64,000 nucleotides of DNA from the human T2T-CHM13v2.0 reference genome, Homo sapiens. The notes under the pieces are model-generated. The model made no database searches. It was not told the origin of the DNA and saw only the letters and a list, made by a program, of their open reading frames with translations. The stretch lies in the NCBI RefSeq assembly GCF_009914755.1, contig NC_060935.1. The stretch is one strand, 5' to 3'. Positions 51,501 through 64,000 of this stretch are shown piece by piece (position 1 is the first letter of the stretch; the number at the start of each line of letters is the position of its first letter). Both the position numbers and the translations under genes were made by a program.

Positions 51501-52924
51501 ACCCAGACTGTGGGTGTAGGCCACACGTTTACGCTCACCTTTGTGGGTCAGCCTCTCAGTAGCTGCGCTGCTCATCCTATTCATTTCTGTGCTTACTCAA
51601 TAGGGAGAAGAGCTGGGTAAGGAGCAAATCGGTGCTACTAAAGTCAGGCTCAGTATCAAGAACATGCATTCTATTCTAGAATGCTGATAAATACACTGGC
51701 AGTCCCAGAAAGTCACTTCCAAAGCAGTAAAGAAGGGCTCTGGAACAGACACATGTTTTCATTTCTTTTTGAAGGCTTCCCTTTGAGAACAAAGGTGGTC
51801 TGTGGTGCTGGGCCCTTCAAGCCCTGACACCCACTCCTTTTGTCTCTGCCTCTTGGGATCTTGGGAGAGCTACACCAAGGGCTGCGTGATGGATACACCA
51901 CGAAGGGGTGTATTTATTTATTTGCCAGGGAAATGTATTAGGGAGAAGCAAAGACTAATTAATGATTTTCAAGGGAAACTCAATCTATGGAATGAATGGT
52001 TTTCCCAATGGGCTGTATTTAGAGGCTCACAGAAATCCTGCATGCTTCCATTGCTGTTTCCCATCCTTTCTTAGCCTTTGCTGAATGTGTCCGGAAATCT
52101 TTTGCAAAAGAAAAGGCACCAGTCTGTTTGCCTTGAAAATGAAGAAACCAAAAGGTGTAACATCCTTCTTCCTTCTCAGGTGGAGTAGTTAATTTTACAA
52201 GTGCTTCGAGAGGTCCTGAGGAAAAGGCACATGCCATCATGTCCTCTCCCCGTGAAAGAAGTTCATAATAATCTGTGCAAAACAGCACCTTTGGATAAGT
52301 TCAATGTGGCTATATATAGACGCTTGGCCGTTTCCTGTTGCTCTTGCAGCTTGCACAGGTTTGAAGGTAGGGTGAGGCTGTGACCATAAGCCACACGGTG
52401 ACATGTACATTAGCCATGCCCTCTGCTTCCTGTGCTGCTTATGACCTGGGCTGGACTAACCCCAGCACTGCTCAGGGGCAGGGAGCCCTTAGGACCTAAA
52501 TGTGGGGGGGTTGGTGAGTTTGCTCTCATCTTCTCTGAGCACAGGTTGCCTGGCTGCAGATAGATGGTGCAAAACACACCAGCGAGCCAGTGTGCTTGTC
52601 TAACGGTCTGCTCGTGTAACTTTTGCACCACAAAACAAGAGGTCAAGTATGAAAGGGTGGTTAACAAATTGAGCAGCCCTTTTTTTTTTTCTGTTAAAGG
52701 GGCCGTGTCAGAAAAAACAAACAAAAAACAAAAACAAAACAAAAAACAAAAATAAAACAAAAAACAAACAAAAAAACCCTTCCTGAGTGAACTTGCATGA
52801 AAAATCATTTGGCAAAACCCAAAGTTCATAGCCATGTGCTGAAAAGCCATCATGCTAGAAACGGTCATCGTGATTTGACCTCAGAACCGTCTCCTATTTT
52901 AAGATTTCAAAATGCTTAAGTAGA

Positions 52925-53244
<320 letters not shown>

Positions 53245-53609
53245 TTAACTAGACATGTCATGCAATTTTGGAGAAGAGATGAGTGGTAAATGTGACTCCA
53301 GCTTTACTAAACAGTGAAATAAATTAAGGCACCAAAGCATGCTGAGCCTTGTCTAAAATCCTATAGCAGAAGAGGCCAGAAAAAAATTCACTGGTTCCCT
53401 TCTTTCTCCATCCATTCAGCCAATCAGTACCAGATTATTCTCCAGCTATCTTCCCCCCTTCTCATCTAGGACATCTAAGGTAGAACCGTGCATCTTAAAA
53501 AAGCTTTTCAGGAAATTCTGATGGGCAGACAGAACCAACGTGAGTCTATGTCATTTTGACTCTCATGTTCTATATGGGCTGCTAAATAAAAACTTTGAAA
53601 GTCTTTCAT

Positions 53610-53865
53610 GTGACAAATAGTTTTGGAGTGCATACTCTGCCAGGCATTGTGCTAAGTCCTTGGGGACACAGGTGAACAAAACAGAGGAAGACCCTGCCTC
53701 CATTGAGTGTAGTCCAATGGGAGAGCGACACAAATCACACTTTTGCATAGGTGAATATCTAATTATACATGTGGTAGGTATTATGAAGAAAAACTAGAGT
53801 GCTCTGAGAAAGACGTTAAGGCCGGATAGATACAAGCCTGGGATTGGAGAAGTCAAGGAAAGCCC
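53610..53865. mobile_element. L2 fragment
   Basis: tactctgccaggcattgtgctaagtccttggggacacaggtgaacaaaacag...ccctgcctcc. Confidence 0.7.
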
Positions 53866-54404
53866 CACTTTTTTACATGACATTTACACAAAAATGATTA
53901 AGATGAGAGGAATATGCTTCGTTGCTTCCAACACATAACCAAAGCAAGTTATGATTCTAAAAAACCAACTAGTTACCAAAAAAGAAAGAAAAAAGTAAAT
54001 GATCTCTTGGGCTTGACATGCCCTTGTTTTGCCCAGAGAAGCACACTTCCTTTTACAATTGTTTGGGAGGTTTGTGGCAGAGAAAGAGAGGAAAAATCAG
54101 ATCTAGAGAAGTAGAGTCCTTCAGCGACTTGCAATAGTGGCTCTTACTAAAGCATCTCATTGCTTCTCAAATGTGTCCAAGGGATGCTCAAAGCTGCTTT
54201 CTCAAAACAGGATTCTGTGTTCAACTGAGTGTGGGAAATTCAAAGGAACTTAAACAAGTCTCTTTGCATCAGGACTTATCAGAGCCTTGAATATACTAAT
54301 GGAGATCCTGAAGCTCCAAGGGAAAGGGCCGCACAATGCAGTCTGCAGCGTTTTCCAATCAAATTTGATTGCAAGAGGTTTTTTTTTTCACTGAGTACCT
54401 AACT

Positions 54405-54591
54405 CAGTGGCTCTGAAACTTACATCTGCACAAAATTCCCTTGGGGAGTGTAAAGAATGCTGATTCCTCGGCTCCAGCTCCAGAGATTCTAATTCACTGG
54501 ATCTGGAATGGTCCCGGGAATCTTCATTTTTAACAACACTTCAAGTGATTTTGAGGCAGCAAGTCCAGGATCCACACTAGGAGAAAAACTA
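54405..54591. mobile_element. MER5-like hAT-Charlie DNA transposon
   Basis: cagtggctctgaaactt...atgctgattcct...ccagagattctaattca...atttttaacaa...gtgattttga. Confidence 0.75.
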
Positions 54592-55474
54592 GTAGGATTA
54601 GTGTCCTGCTGGTGTCCCGGAAGCATCTCAGTAGCTCTACACACTCCGCCATTCAAGCTTTCTCAGCTTCCCCTCACTCTTTAGAACCTGGCTGATGCTG
54701 AGTGAACACGGTCAAGTTAGTGGGCCAGAGTAGATAAAAATAATGGAAACATGCAAAGTGAGTCACAGACAGCAAATCCAACCATTGCCTAGAATTTGTT
54801 GGGTGTCACAGGTCAAGCTACAAAGATCACATTCGCCATTTGGACTCAGTTGGCAGGAATGTTATGCATGTGTGATATAAGATGCTGTGCGCTGAAAGTC
54901 CCTGAAGCTGTGCAAATACTGGATCCAGCAGAAGTTTTCTCTGTTGTGCCCATCTGCCTTTGTCTAATTAGCCAAGGGTCACTTTGGCTGCCTCCCTTCC
55001 TTTCACATGGAGCAAAGGTACCCAGAGAGGCACATGTTGATGCATTCATATGCAAAGAAGTTCTTGTCTTTCTCTCTCTCAAGTCATTGTTCAGTGAGGA
55101 GTCAGCTCCCACATGCTCCTCCTATCTGGGCTGCAATCAGCACAGTGAGGAGAGGAGCGACAGAGCACATGATTATGACCGGGGCTTGCTGCTGAGCTGC
55201 AGGGGTTCAGAGTACTGCTACCTGTGCAATGGCAGCTTCCCCAGAGCGCCCAGGGGCTCCGAGGCCACAGACAGAAAATATCTTTGCTACCACGTGCTGA
55301 AAAATATCCCCAAAATCATTTGCCAAAGATTTGACTTGGTTAAAAGCGAGGTGGAGAGGGGTGGTTAAACAGGGGAAGCTATAGAAAGGAAAATGCGAGA
55401 AAAAGATGTTTTGCATATTAAACAGCCCTGCTTTGTCCTCCAATTCAGCCAAAACGTTTGGAGGAGGCTGCGCT

Positions 55475-55554
55475 GTCCATGTCCACAGTGCTCTGAACGT
55501 GCCTCATCTGATCTTGGAAGCTAAGCAGGATCGAGCTTAGTACTCAGATGGAAG
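55475..55554 (+). pseudogene. Degenerate 3'-truncated 5S rRNA pseudogene
   Basis: gtccatgtccac...ctgaacgtgcc..tctgatcttggaagctaagcagg.tcg...ttagtactcagatggaaga aligns by eye with 5S rRNA (CTGAACGCGCC...TCTGATCTCGGAAGCTAAGCAGGGTCGGGCC...TTAGTACTTGGATGGGAGA), with small deletions. Confidence 0.85.
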
Positions 55555-58500
55555 AAGGCTATTCTCGTGCGTGTGCAGAGACCAAGATCATAGGGAAAAG
55601 CATGTCTAAGGTTGGGTTTTGTGTACAAATATTGTATAGGAACATAATTCAACCTGTTTAAAACAGGAGGATGATTGTGGCTGAAACCACGGTGGGAGGA
55701 AGGAACATGTTACATTTCTTCAAAGATAACTGCAGATCGAATGCCTTCATCCTTGTGACCCGCGCTGCCTGCACTGTGGTGTGTTTTGCTTGGTTTGCAC
55801 CAATGCCCTGGCTGGCGGTCACTTGCTCTTGGTGGCCAGTTTCATTTCCTGGTTTTGAGAAAATGTCAGGGAGGCCTGTTGCTTGGGCATACTGTCACTG
55901 AGGGAAGTGTGCAGTTTTAAAATGTCAAAGCCAGCAGGCTCATGTCCAGTGCATGCCATCAATCAGCAAATGTCCCTGGACCCCTAATGAGCCCACTGAA
56001 AGTTCAAACGGTAAATAACGAACAGATAAAGATCTTGCCCTAAAATCGCCTACCATCTAACCAAAGGGGCAAGATCAAAAGGGAAAGAAAAATAGTATCA
56101 ATATGGAAAAATAAATGTACTAATTGCTGTAGTGTTTGTGGGCAAAGAATGCAGCTGAGAAAGTGCAGCCTCGTGGAAAGGGCCCCACGGAAGGGAGTCC
56201 AGAGGGTTGGCCTCACACTCTTCCCCTTCCCGCTTTATGACCACGAACGTAGTCCTTCAGAACCTTTGTTTCTTCATCAGCAAAGTGGGGGAGGGGAATA
56301 ATCCTGCCTTCTTCTCCAGTTTATTAGAGTAATTAAATAAGATTATAGATGTGGGAAGGCTCCTATTAAGATCAATGTCTTAAACTATAAAATAATCTAC
56401 AATTTTCCTTGTCATTATTATTACTGATAACAACAAAATGAGGGGAAATAAGTCTAGAAAATGCATCATCTGCCTGTTCCATTAAAAAGAGACAGAGGCA
56501 GAGACGGAGCTGGACACAAGAATTCAACCAGCCTAGGACTTTGTTCTGGCACCTCAGTGTATATTTAAAGTCCTGTATAATAACATAGAAGTAATCATGG
56601 TTATCGCTTATTTGTATTGATGGATTTAAGGTGGGCTTTTTATTTCTAAGGTTTGGATACATCTAAGAAAATAGCATACTTCCTAAGATACCATTTGATT
56701 TTAATTTTCAGAGAGCTGATCACCAATTTGGGAGAACTTTGTGACTGTATGTTTGGTATAATTCCTTTAGAGATCAATTTGATGATGGAGAAATAATCCT
56801 CACATTATCCACATTATCAGATGTCTAGATAAGATAGGAAAGGTAACTTTATCACAGCTGTGTGACCCATGATGGCCTAGGTAGCTGAGTGAACCAGAAG
56901 TCTGAACTTGGAAACTAAGTTGTAAAGTTCTTATGAACTTCCTAGGGCTTCCTGAGCCTCCCCCCACCTTTAGATGCCAAGTCTCTTTGCAAATTCATAT
57001 CATTCCTGCAAACAGAAAATAGTATTTAGAATAATAAGATGTTTTTCAAATTTTCCTTCAAGGGTCCTATGAGCTGGCCTGATAAATTGTTTAACTTTGA
57101 AGGGAATTTTGAACAAATAGGACAAGACAATCGAAACACGTATCTAGAATTAGGACATGGTTGATCCCGAAGTTCTTAAATACTGAAACCTCCTTGTGGT
57201 ATGCAGAGGCCAAATTGATCATCTTTAGGCAGAGATTCCTTAGACATGATCGATGAGGCTATCCATCTAGCGTAACACTGAGACTTTCTTGTGTAAACCC
57301 CTCACACCCACTAAACAGGAAATGCAAGCTACTAGAGCTGAACATTCAACCACCCCCTAAGTCCCCACCCTCCACCCCCGCCCAGCATAAGAACATTATT
57401 CTTTGCTTTCCTTTCCGAAGAGCTGTAGGCATTCATTCATATATGCAGAGCAATCAGACATCATTAGACAAAGAACACCTGATAATAATTCTCACATTTT
57501 GGAATCTTAAGAAACTTCCAATGAAAGGGGTGATACGAGTTGGTAAGCCACAGCTTTTGGCGGTAGCATGAGCCCTCTGGCTTCTGAAACCCTAGAGGCC
57601 ACAGATAAGATACACTCTTGTAGCAGGCTTGTCATACTTGAAATTCTAACTGGTAGCTTGATATCCTGAGTTGCTTTCTCACTTGAGCAACTTTGGTTGA
57701 GAATGTAGGAACCTGGAAAGATTTCTTGAGACATGCTCATTTTAGACACACCCAGAAACATGCCAGGTACAGATGACAATTTCCACTATAGGTAAAACAT
57801 CTCAAAACAGAAGTCTAAGCTGACAGTGGACCAATAACTGCATTGTTTATTGGTTTCCCAAGGCAAATGTTCAGCAAATTCTGTATATATAATCAACAGA
57901 AAATTTTGTTCAGATTCTAGAAAAGATAGCTGCTGTTTTGTATATGTGTGTACTTTCTGCTATAGTAGTATTTGCATAAGTTAAATATTTTCAGTGCAAT
58001 TTTTATTAGTTTTCAAAATGCACTTTTGTGGGTATCTGTGTGTATGCAGGTGTGTGGGGAGAACCATGAACAAGACAAAGACCCCTTGTCACTGAGGGCA
58101 GAGCCTGACTCAGCATCCCAATACAGCCCCTGGTTTGCATTCTTCCCAAAGGAGGCACATTCTAACAAACAAACAACCATGCCAAGCCTCCGACCACAAA
58201 CCCAACCAAACATTTTCAAAAAGATGTATATATTTCTGTGAAAGAATATGGATATCTTTCAGTGCTCAAGAGGCAGTATTCTGCAGTAGATCTAACTCAA
58301 GTGGATAGGGACTTCGGAAAGCCCTTTTTCAAACTGAGTTTGTTGAATCCAGCTAGCTACATGGAAGGGATGGCAGGGCTCAGTGGGAGCAGGACACAGT
58401 AGGGGAGGCCAGGGTGCAAGCTCATCCACTCCCTCATCTGTAAAATGGGTTAGTTCCCTGACCACCTCACCACACTATTGTCAGGCCTCCTTCACTGGGA

Positions 58501-61500
58501 GCTGAAAAAGACAAACGCTGAAGCAGAAAGGAGGGTTTTTACAAACAAGGCTTGAATGATAGACACATATGGGGCATGCGTCTCCCATCACAGCCCCCAC
58601 CACACCGGAACACGAGCTCTGTTCAACATGGTCCTCCTCTCTAATGTCTATGAGTTCTAGAACTTGAACAAATCTTTGTCAAGAATGTAGTCCAGCTCTG
58701 TCTCCAAACCATGAACTCATCTGTGAACAAGACATTTCTATTTTCCTTTATCTTTAAAAATTTATTTTAAATGAAATAAATGATGCATGAATGTATTCTG
58801 TAGAAAATTTAAATAGAGATCGAGGAAAAGCCCTCTTGCCTCAGGGTACCCCATAATCTCACTTCCCATCCTAGAAATGGCCATCCAGGGCTTATTGAGG
58901 TACCTAAGATAGCTCATGTGAATGATGTCACTTTTAGCCTTAGGAAATGTTCTTTTGGGCTCAGTTCCAGTTACTTTTGTTGTGAGGTTCTTGTGGAAGG
59001 TTCACTTTCTATCTACCTGCAGACAAATGCTCGGAGCTTATGATATATAACATCAAGGGCTTGCTTGGCTGTCAGAAGTAGGATTGCTTAATCAAAACCT
59101 GTGTGGAAATAGCCTGTTATCTCTATGGACTTAAATGGTCATCAGCAGTTCCCCAAATTCAAGACTCCCATGACAATACCATTGAGTTCTGAAGCTGGAA
59201 GGGATCAACAAGACGAGGTTCTACCATTGTTTGAGCCTTAACAAGTCATGGCAAGGTTTTACCTTAATATTGTCATTATTACAGTATAATTTTAGAAGAA
59301 TGAGTTTATAGGGGAGCAAACATTCTCCATGCTCCCCTTAACGTCACCCTGCTCTCCTGACTTAAGTGCCATCCGCCTTATTTTATAGAAGAAAATACTG
59401 AAACTCAAGACCCGCTACCTGGGCAGGGGAGGAGCAGAGACCAGAACCCTGGACCTCTGGCTCCATGCTGTTTCTACTCTACACTCCATCTTCCACATCT
59501 GCTTTTTGCTAATATCCCATAGCTAAGAAATAAGATATAAACAATGCCTTGAAATACAAGACAACCAAGGCCTCACCTTTCTCTCATTACTCAAATGATG
59601 CAAAGCCCGAAGCCCTCTCCACCTGACTTCATCCACTACCGCCTGAGCTCTCCAAATGCTTCCAGGTGGGACACCCAAGTTCAAGGCCCCTTTGATTCCT
59701 GGTTATCTTCTAGCTGCTGAGCCTCTGCATTGTATAGCGTGAACAGAGCCCAGCTTTGCAGCCAGAAAGATCTGGCTTTTACTCCTGGCACCCCACTTCA
59801 AGCTGTGTGACATTGGACAAATCACATATCCTAGCTCAGGCGCAGTTTCTTTACCTGTGAACCGTCTGTCCCACCTACCTTAAAGAGTTGCCATGAGGGC
59901 CAGACAATGCAATGACTAAGAGCGCTTTGGAAAGGAGAATGCTGGATGCAGGTGTCGTCGTTATTAGTGTCCAGCCCATCCTTTTTATGTGCAGCTCTGT
60001 GAAGACATCTTCCCTTGATGTCAGAACCAAAAAACCCAAGCAAAGCAAAGACCCAGGGCTACATTTCTGCTCTGGAGTCTCTTGTATGACAGTATCTATG
60101 TTGGGCTTTTCAGTGTGTAAACCGAAACAAAACAAAACAAAAAAGAAGAAAAATCAGCAGCAAATACTGCTTGGTTTTGCATTTTCCCTTCTGTTTTCTG
60201 ATTAGAGTCTCTATGGCTTATGAGTGCAGAGAGAACCTCAAAAGATCATGTTTGCTGCGGATAAGCACCAAACTCGATGTTTATCAGCACTTATCTCCTG
60301 CAAACTCACTCTCTGGAGGCTTCAAAGGCTGAGGGAGATCTCTTAGCCTTGCTCTGAGGAGACAGGCAGGCACTCCTCCCCGGGGCTTCAGCTGCAGGTG
60401 TGGCCCAATAGCACTTGCTCCATTCTTAGGAACGTGGTTCTCTTGCTCTTCCCCATGCAAAAAAAGGAAGCAGCAGGTTTACTGAAGGTATGGGGATGAG
60501 CTGTGGGGTAGAGGGAGCAGGAGAAGAAAACAAGTATTTTAAAACAAGCCCGGAAAGGCTGAGAAAGTAGGTAGAGAGGGAAAGGGAAAGGCACACTCCT
60601 TACGCTCCTGCTGCCCCCACCCCTCAACCCCCCTGCCCCACCCATCTCAGTCTTTAATCTGCCAAACAAGCCCGTGAGCCTTCAAAAGGCATTTTAATTC
60701 ACTTCATCTGCTCCCAGCTCACCTTCCCTACCTCCTTTGGGTCTGCCCACTACTCTCCATTCCCAAGGATTGTTGGCTGAGAGTGGGACAGTGGGAGGGA
60801 GGGAGGCAGTCGTGTGGGCAGGGGGAGCCAGCATTTTATTAGGCTGTTGAATTTGATTTATTAGGGGGGAAAAATCCTTCGCTTGCTTGCCACACAGGTT
60901 ATTCTCAAAGTGAAAACTCTATTTTACTTCGAAAAAAAAATGGTGAAAGTGCCTACAGTTATGAATGGAGCTCTTTGTTACCTTCCAGATCGACAAGACA
61001 GACTGTTTGGTTCATGTCTGTGCACCAGCAAAGGAGTGTGGGGGCCTGGGAGACAGATGTGGCCTTAATTGCATGGAAATATTAGAAGATCGTTAAGGCA
61101 TTTTGACAGGATTTTCCTCTAGCTGTGGGAGCAAAGGGCCACGTCTGAGCCGCATCAGGCCTGGCCAGAGCCACTGGCAAGGTCTCTCATCCCCACGTGT
61201 GAGGGACACATGGGCCTTGGTTCACGTGCCCTAATATTGGTAGGGAATAGATGTCTCCTTGTCACCAACTTCCACCCCACATCTCTGCCCCATAAGCGCA
61301 GAAAGCAATCTCCCAAGAAACCCTAAGGCCTGTAGCGGGAGTTGGAAGAGAAGCTACCTAGTGAAATAAATATTTGGGAATGTATACGCACAAGTACATG
61401 GACAGAGAGAGATCAGACCATCTCCAACCTGAAAGGTGCACTCCATAAGGCTCTCCAGGGACCCACACGGGCCTGAAAGAGGAAATGTTGTCACGACAAA

Positions 61501-62269
61501 TTATGGTGTCTAAAGACAAAACCTTTTCTATCTATTCACTTCTTCCCTTTCAAAGTAACATTTGGTTATAGAAGTCATGACCCATGAGAGTCCTGTAATT
61601 AAGTCAGAGAAATCCTTAAACACTGTTGGCTCGCCAAAGAACGAGACCCCATAAATATGGTTAACCTTGTTTCTCCTAGGCTGGCCTAATCATGGTTCCA
61701 ACATACTTTTAGCTCCCCACTTTTTCCCCCACTTGCCCTGGTTCATTTTCTGCATGCTCAGAGAATGCAAATATTTTCACATTAGCTTAAATTAAAAATA
61801 AGTAGGAGGGTTAGTCTGCTGGGAGGGAGGGAGAAGCCCCGCCCAAACTACAGTTCAGTAATCCCTTTGGGTTATGACAGCAATGTTTTAGATCAGCTCT
61901 TCCTCACTTAGATCAGACAATGTTGGCAGTCAGACCAGGAGTAGATTAGTATTATAGGGTCCTCCCTTCAGAGGGGTACACCCCTACAGCTCAGAGGCCA
62001 CTTCTTAGAGTTGGGGTGGTAGGTGGTTGCTTAGATGATGTTTGGGCCTCAGCCTGGTGCTAATGGGGATGGGGACTAGGTGAACAGAAAGGAAGGCTGG
62101 TGGAGAGATGAGGAAGGAGAGAAGGTGCAGCCACAGAGATCCCGTTCTCATGCCAACGTTGTTGTTAACCCAGAGGGAAAAAGGGAAGAGCTCCCAGGCA
62201 CGTTGGCACGCCAGCATCCCCAGGCTGGGTTTGACATTTAAGGAGCACCAGCAATGAGTTAAGGGGCTA

Positions 62270-62650
<381 letters not shown>

Positions 62651-63705
62651 TCAGGCCAGAGCCCCCAGCCAGTCCGGATGCAGGGGCAACTTACTGTGGA
62701 CTCTCTCTCCCGCCTTTCCAGAGGACTCCAGATCTAATGGGTGTTTCAGGACCCTGCAGTGAGAGCCACAACAATGGAGAAAGTGCCACAGTCAAGCCTT
62801 TGTGTCCCCTTCTCCTTCTTGCTATGTGATCTGCAGAGGAGGGGATAAAAGGCTCATCTGAGGTCCTGGCTGGCTCTCTGTGACCAGAAAGTCCCTGAGC
62901 CAATGAAGTGTTAATGCCTTTGCCCCTCCCCCCCATTCCTGCTCAGTTCACGGCTTTCCTGTCCTCTGAAATCCCTTCCTTGGTAGCCAGTTGCACCACC
63001 TCTTTACTTCAAGTTCTGCCACCTTCTCCTGAGGCAATGGCTCCCTTGCTTGGTTGGTTTCTGGGATGCTGAGTGGGGGAGGCTGGGGAAGCTTGTGCCT
63101 GGACTGTCTCGGGAGCTCCCAGTGACGGTGACAATGCACTGCTTCCATTTGTAAATGCCATGTGCTTTCCAGAATGCTTTTGAGGACCTTATTGTTATTT
63201 CATCTAAGCTTCAAACATAGCATCGTTCCTACCATATTTAATTCAGACTCTTTTCTCCTTTCCTGTCGTCACTTCCCCATCTGTGTGCACAGCCTGTGTT
63301 TACACAGCAGGTTTGCCGCAGCTACTCACTTGTCCAGGGTTACCATGCATATTCCCATAATAATCTGCGTTTCACCCATTTAGCTCACTGTAGAAACTTA
63401 GCCAGTTCCATGGAGGAAAAGTCCCACAATTCTCCTAATCTCATAGTCATCAACAACGCCATTAAAATGATGGCATCATTTTTCCATAGACATATTCCTG
63501 GCTTTTATCAACAGTGCCCAGCACATAGAAGATATCCAATAAATATTTGCTAAATGAATGAATGCATCAGTGAATGAGTGTTCTTTTGTGTGACAAATCT
63601 GTTTTATGGCCCCATTGTGAGACAAGACATGTTAAAGAAATATCCAGAGTGACCTTTGCATGTTTCGAGGAGCACATAGTCTGGTCACCAAACACAAGTG
63701 TCCAC

Positions 63706-63912
63706 AGCCTGTGCTCTCCAAGATGGTAACCACTCATAACATGTGGCTTTTTAAATTCAAATGAACTAAAGTTGACTAAAATTAAAAATTCAGTTCCTCA
63801 GTCACACCAGACACATTTCAAGTCCTCAATAGCCTCACAAGGCGAGTTGCTTCTGCATTGCATGGTGCAGATTTTAGAACAGTGCCAGCGTCACAGTCAT
63901 CTCCCCTGGACC
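63706..63912. mobile_element. MER3/MER33-like DNA transposon
   Basis: atggtaaccact...acatgtggct...taaaattaaaaattcagttcctcagtcacac...cacatttcaagtcctcaatagcc. Confidence 0.75.
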
Positions 63913-64000
63913 AAATCAGAGAATTCAACTTCTTTCTATGGAAATGAATAAGAAGTTTAGGTAAAGGTTTTTGTTTCTTGATCCTGATTTTATTTTAAGA

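Noticed and set aside
54796-55368. 190-aa ORF (+ strand)
   Set aside because: Non-ATG start, no family resemblance, no convincing exon boundaries; not FLI1 exon 2.

Overview
Human genomic DNA (Alu/MIR/L2/MaLR content) from the 5' end of the ETS-family gene FLI1 (11q24.3, + strand). It is recognised from exon 1 encoding MDGTIK followed by AAG|gtaagc at 15468-15485, downstream of a (GA)17 microsatellite and a GATA/ETS cluster in a large CpG island. Everything after 15485 is intron 1; exon 2 (EALSVV...) is not in the window. The antisense lncRNA SENCR overlaps the promoter (about 12.9-17.2 kb, - strand). The most notable observation is a small, cleanly bounded upstream exon (7853-7929). It encodes MFQTVPDTSSYIK and ends in a phase-0 donor, and is a close paralogue of the ERG alternative N-terminus MIQTVPDPAAHIK. 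This implies that FLI1 keeps the same two-promoter/two-N-terminus architecture as ERG and could make a ~459-aa isoform that bypasses the exon-1 uORFs. Also present: further alternative first exons, candidate ETS/GATA/FOX/RUNX enhancers, 7 Alus, MaLR LTRs, a 5S rRNA pseudogene fragment and a 136-bp tandem duplication. Almost all ORFs in the supplied track are spurious. Gene identities and reference comparisons are from recall, not from searches.
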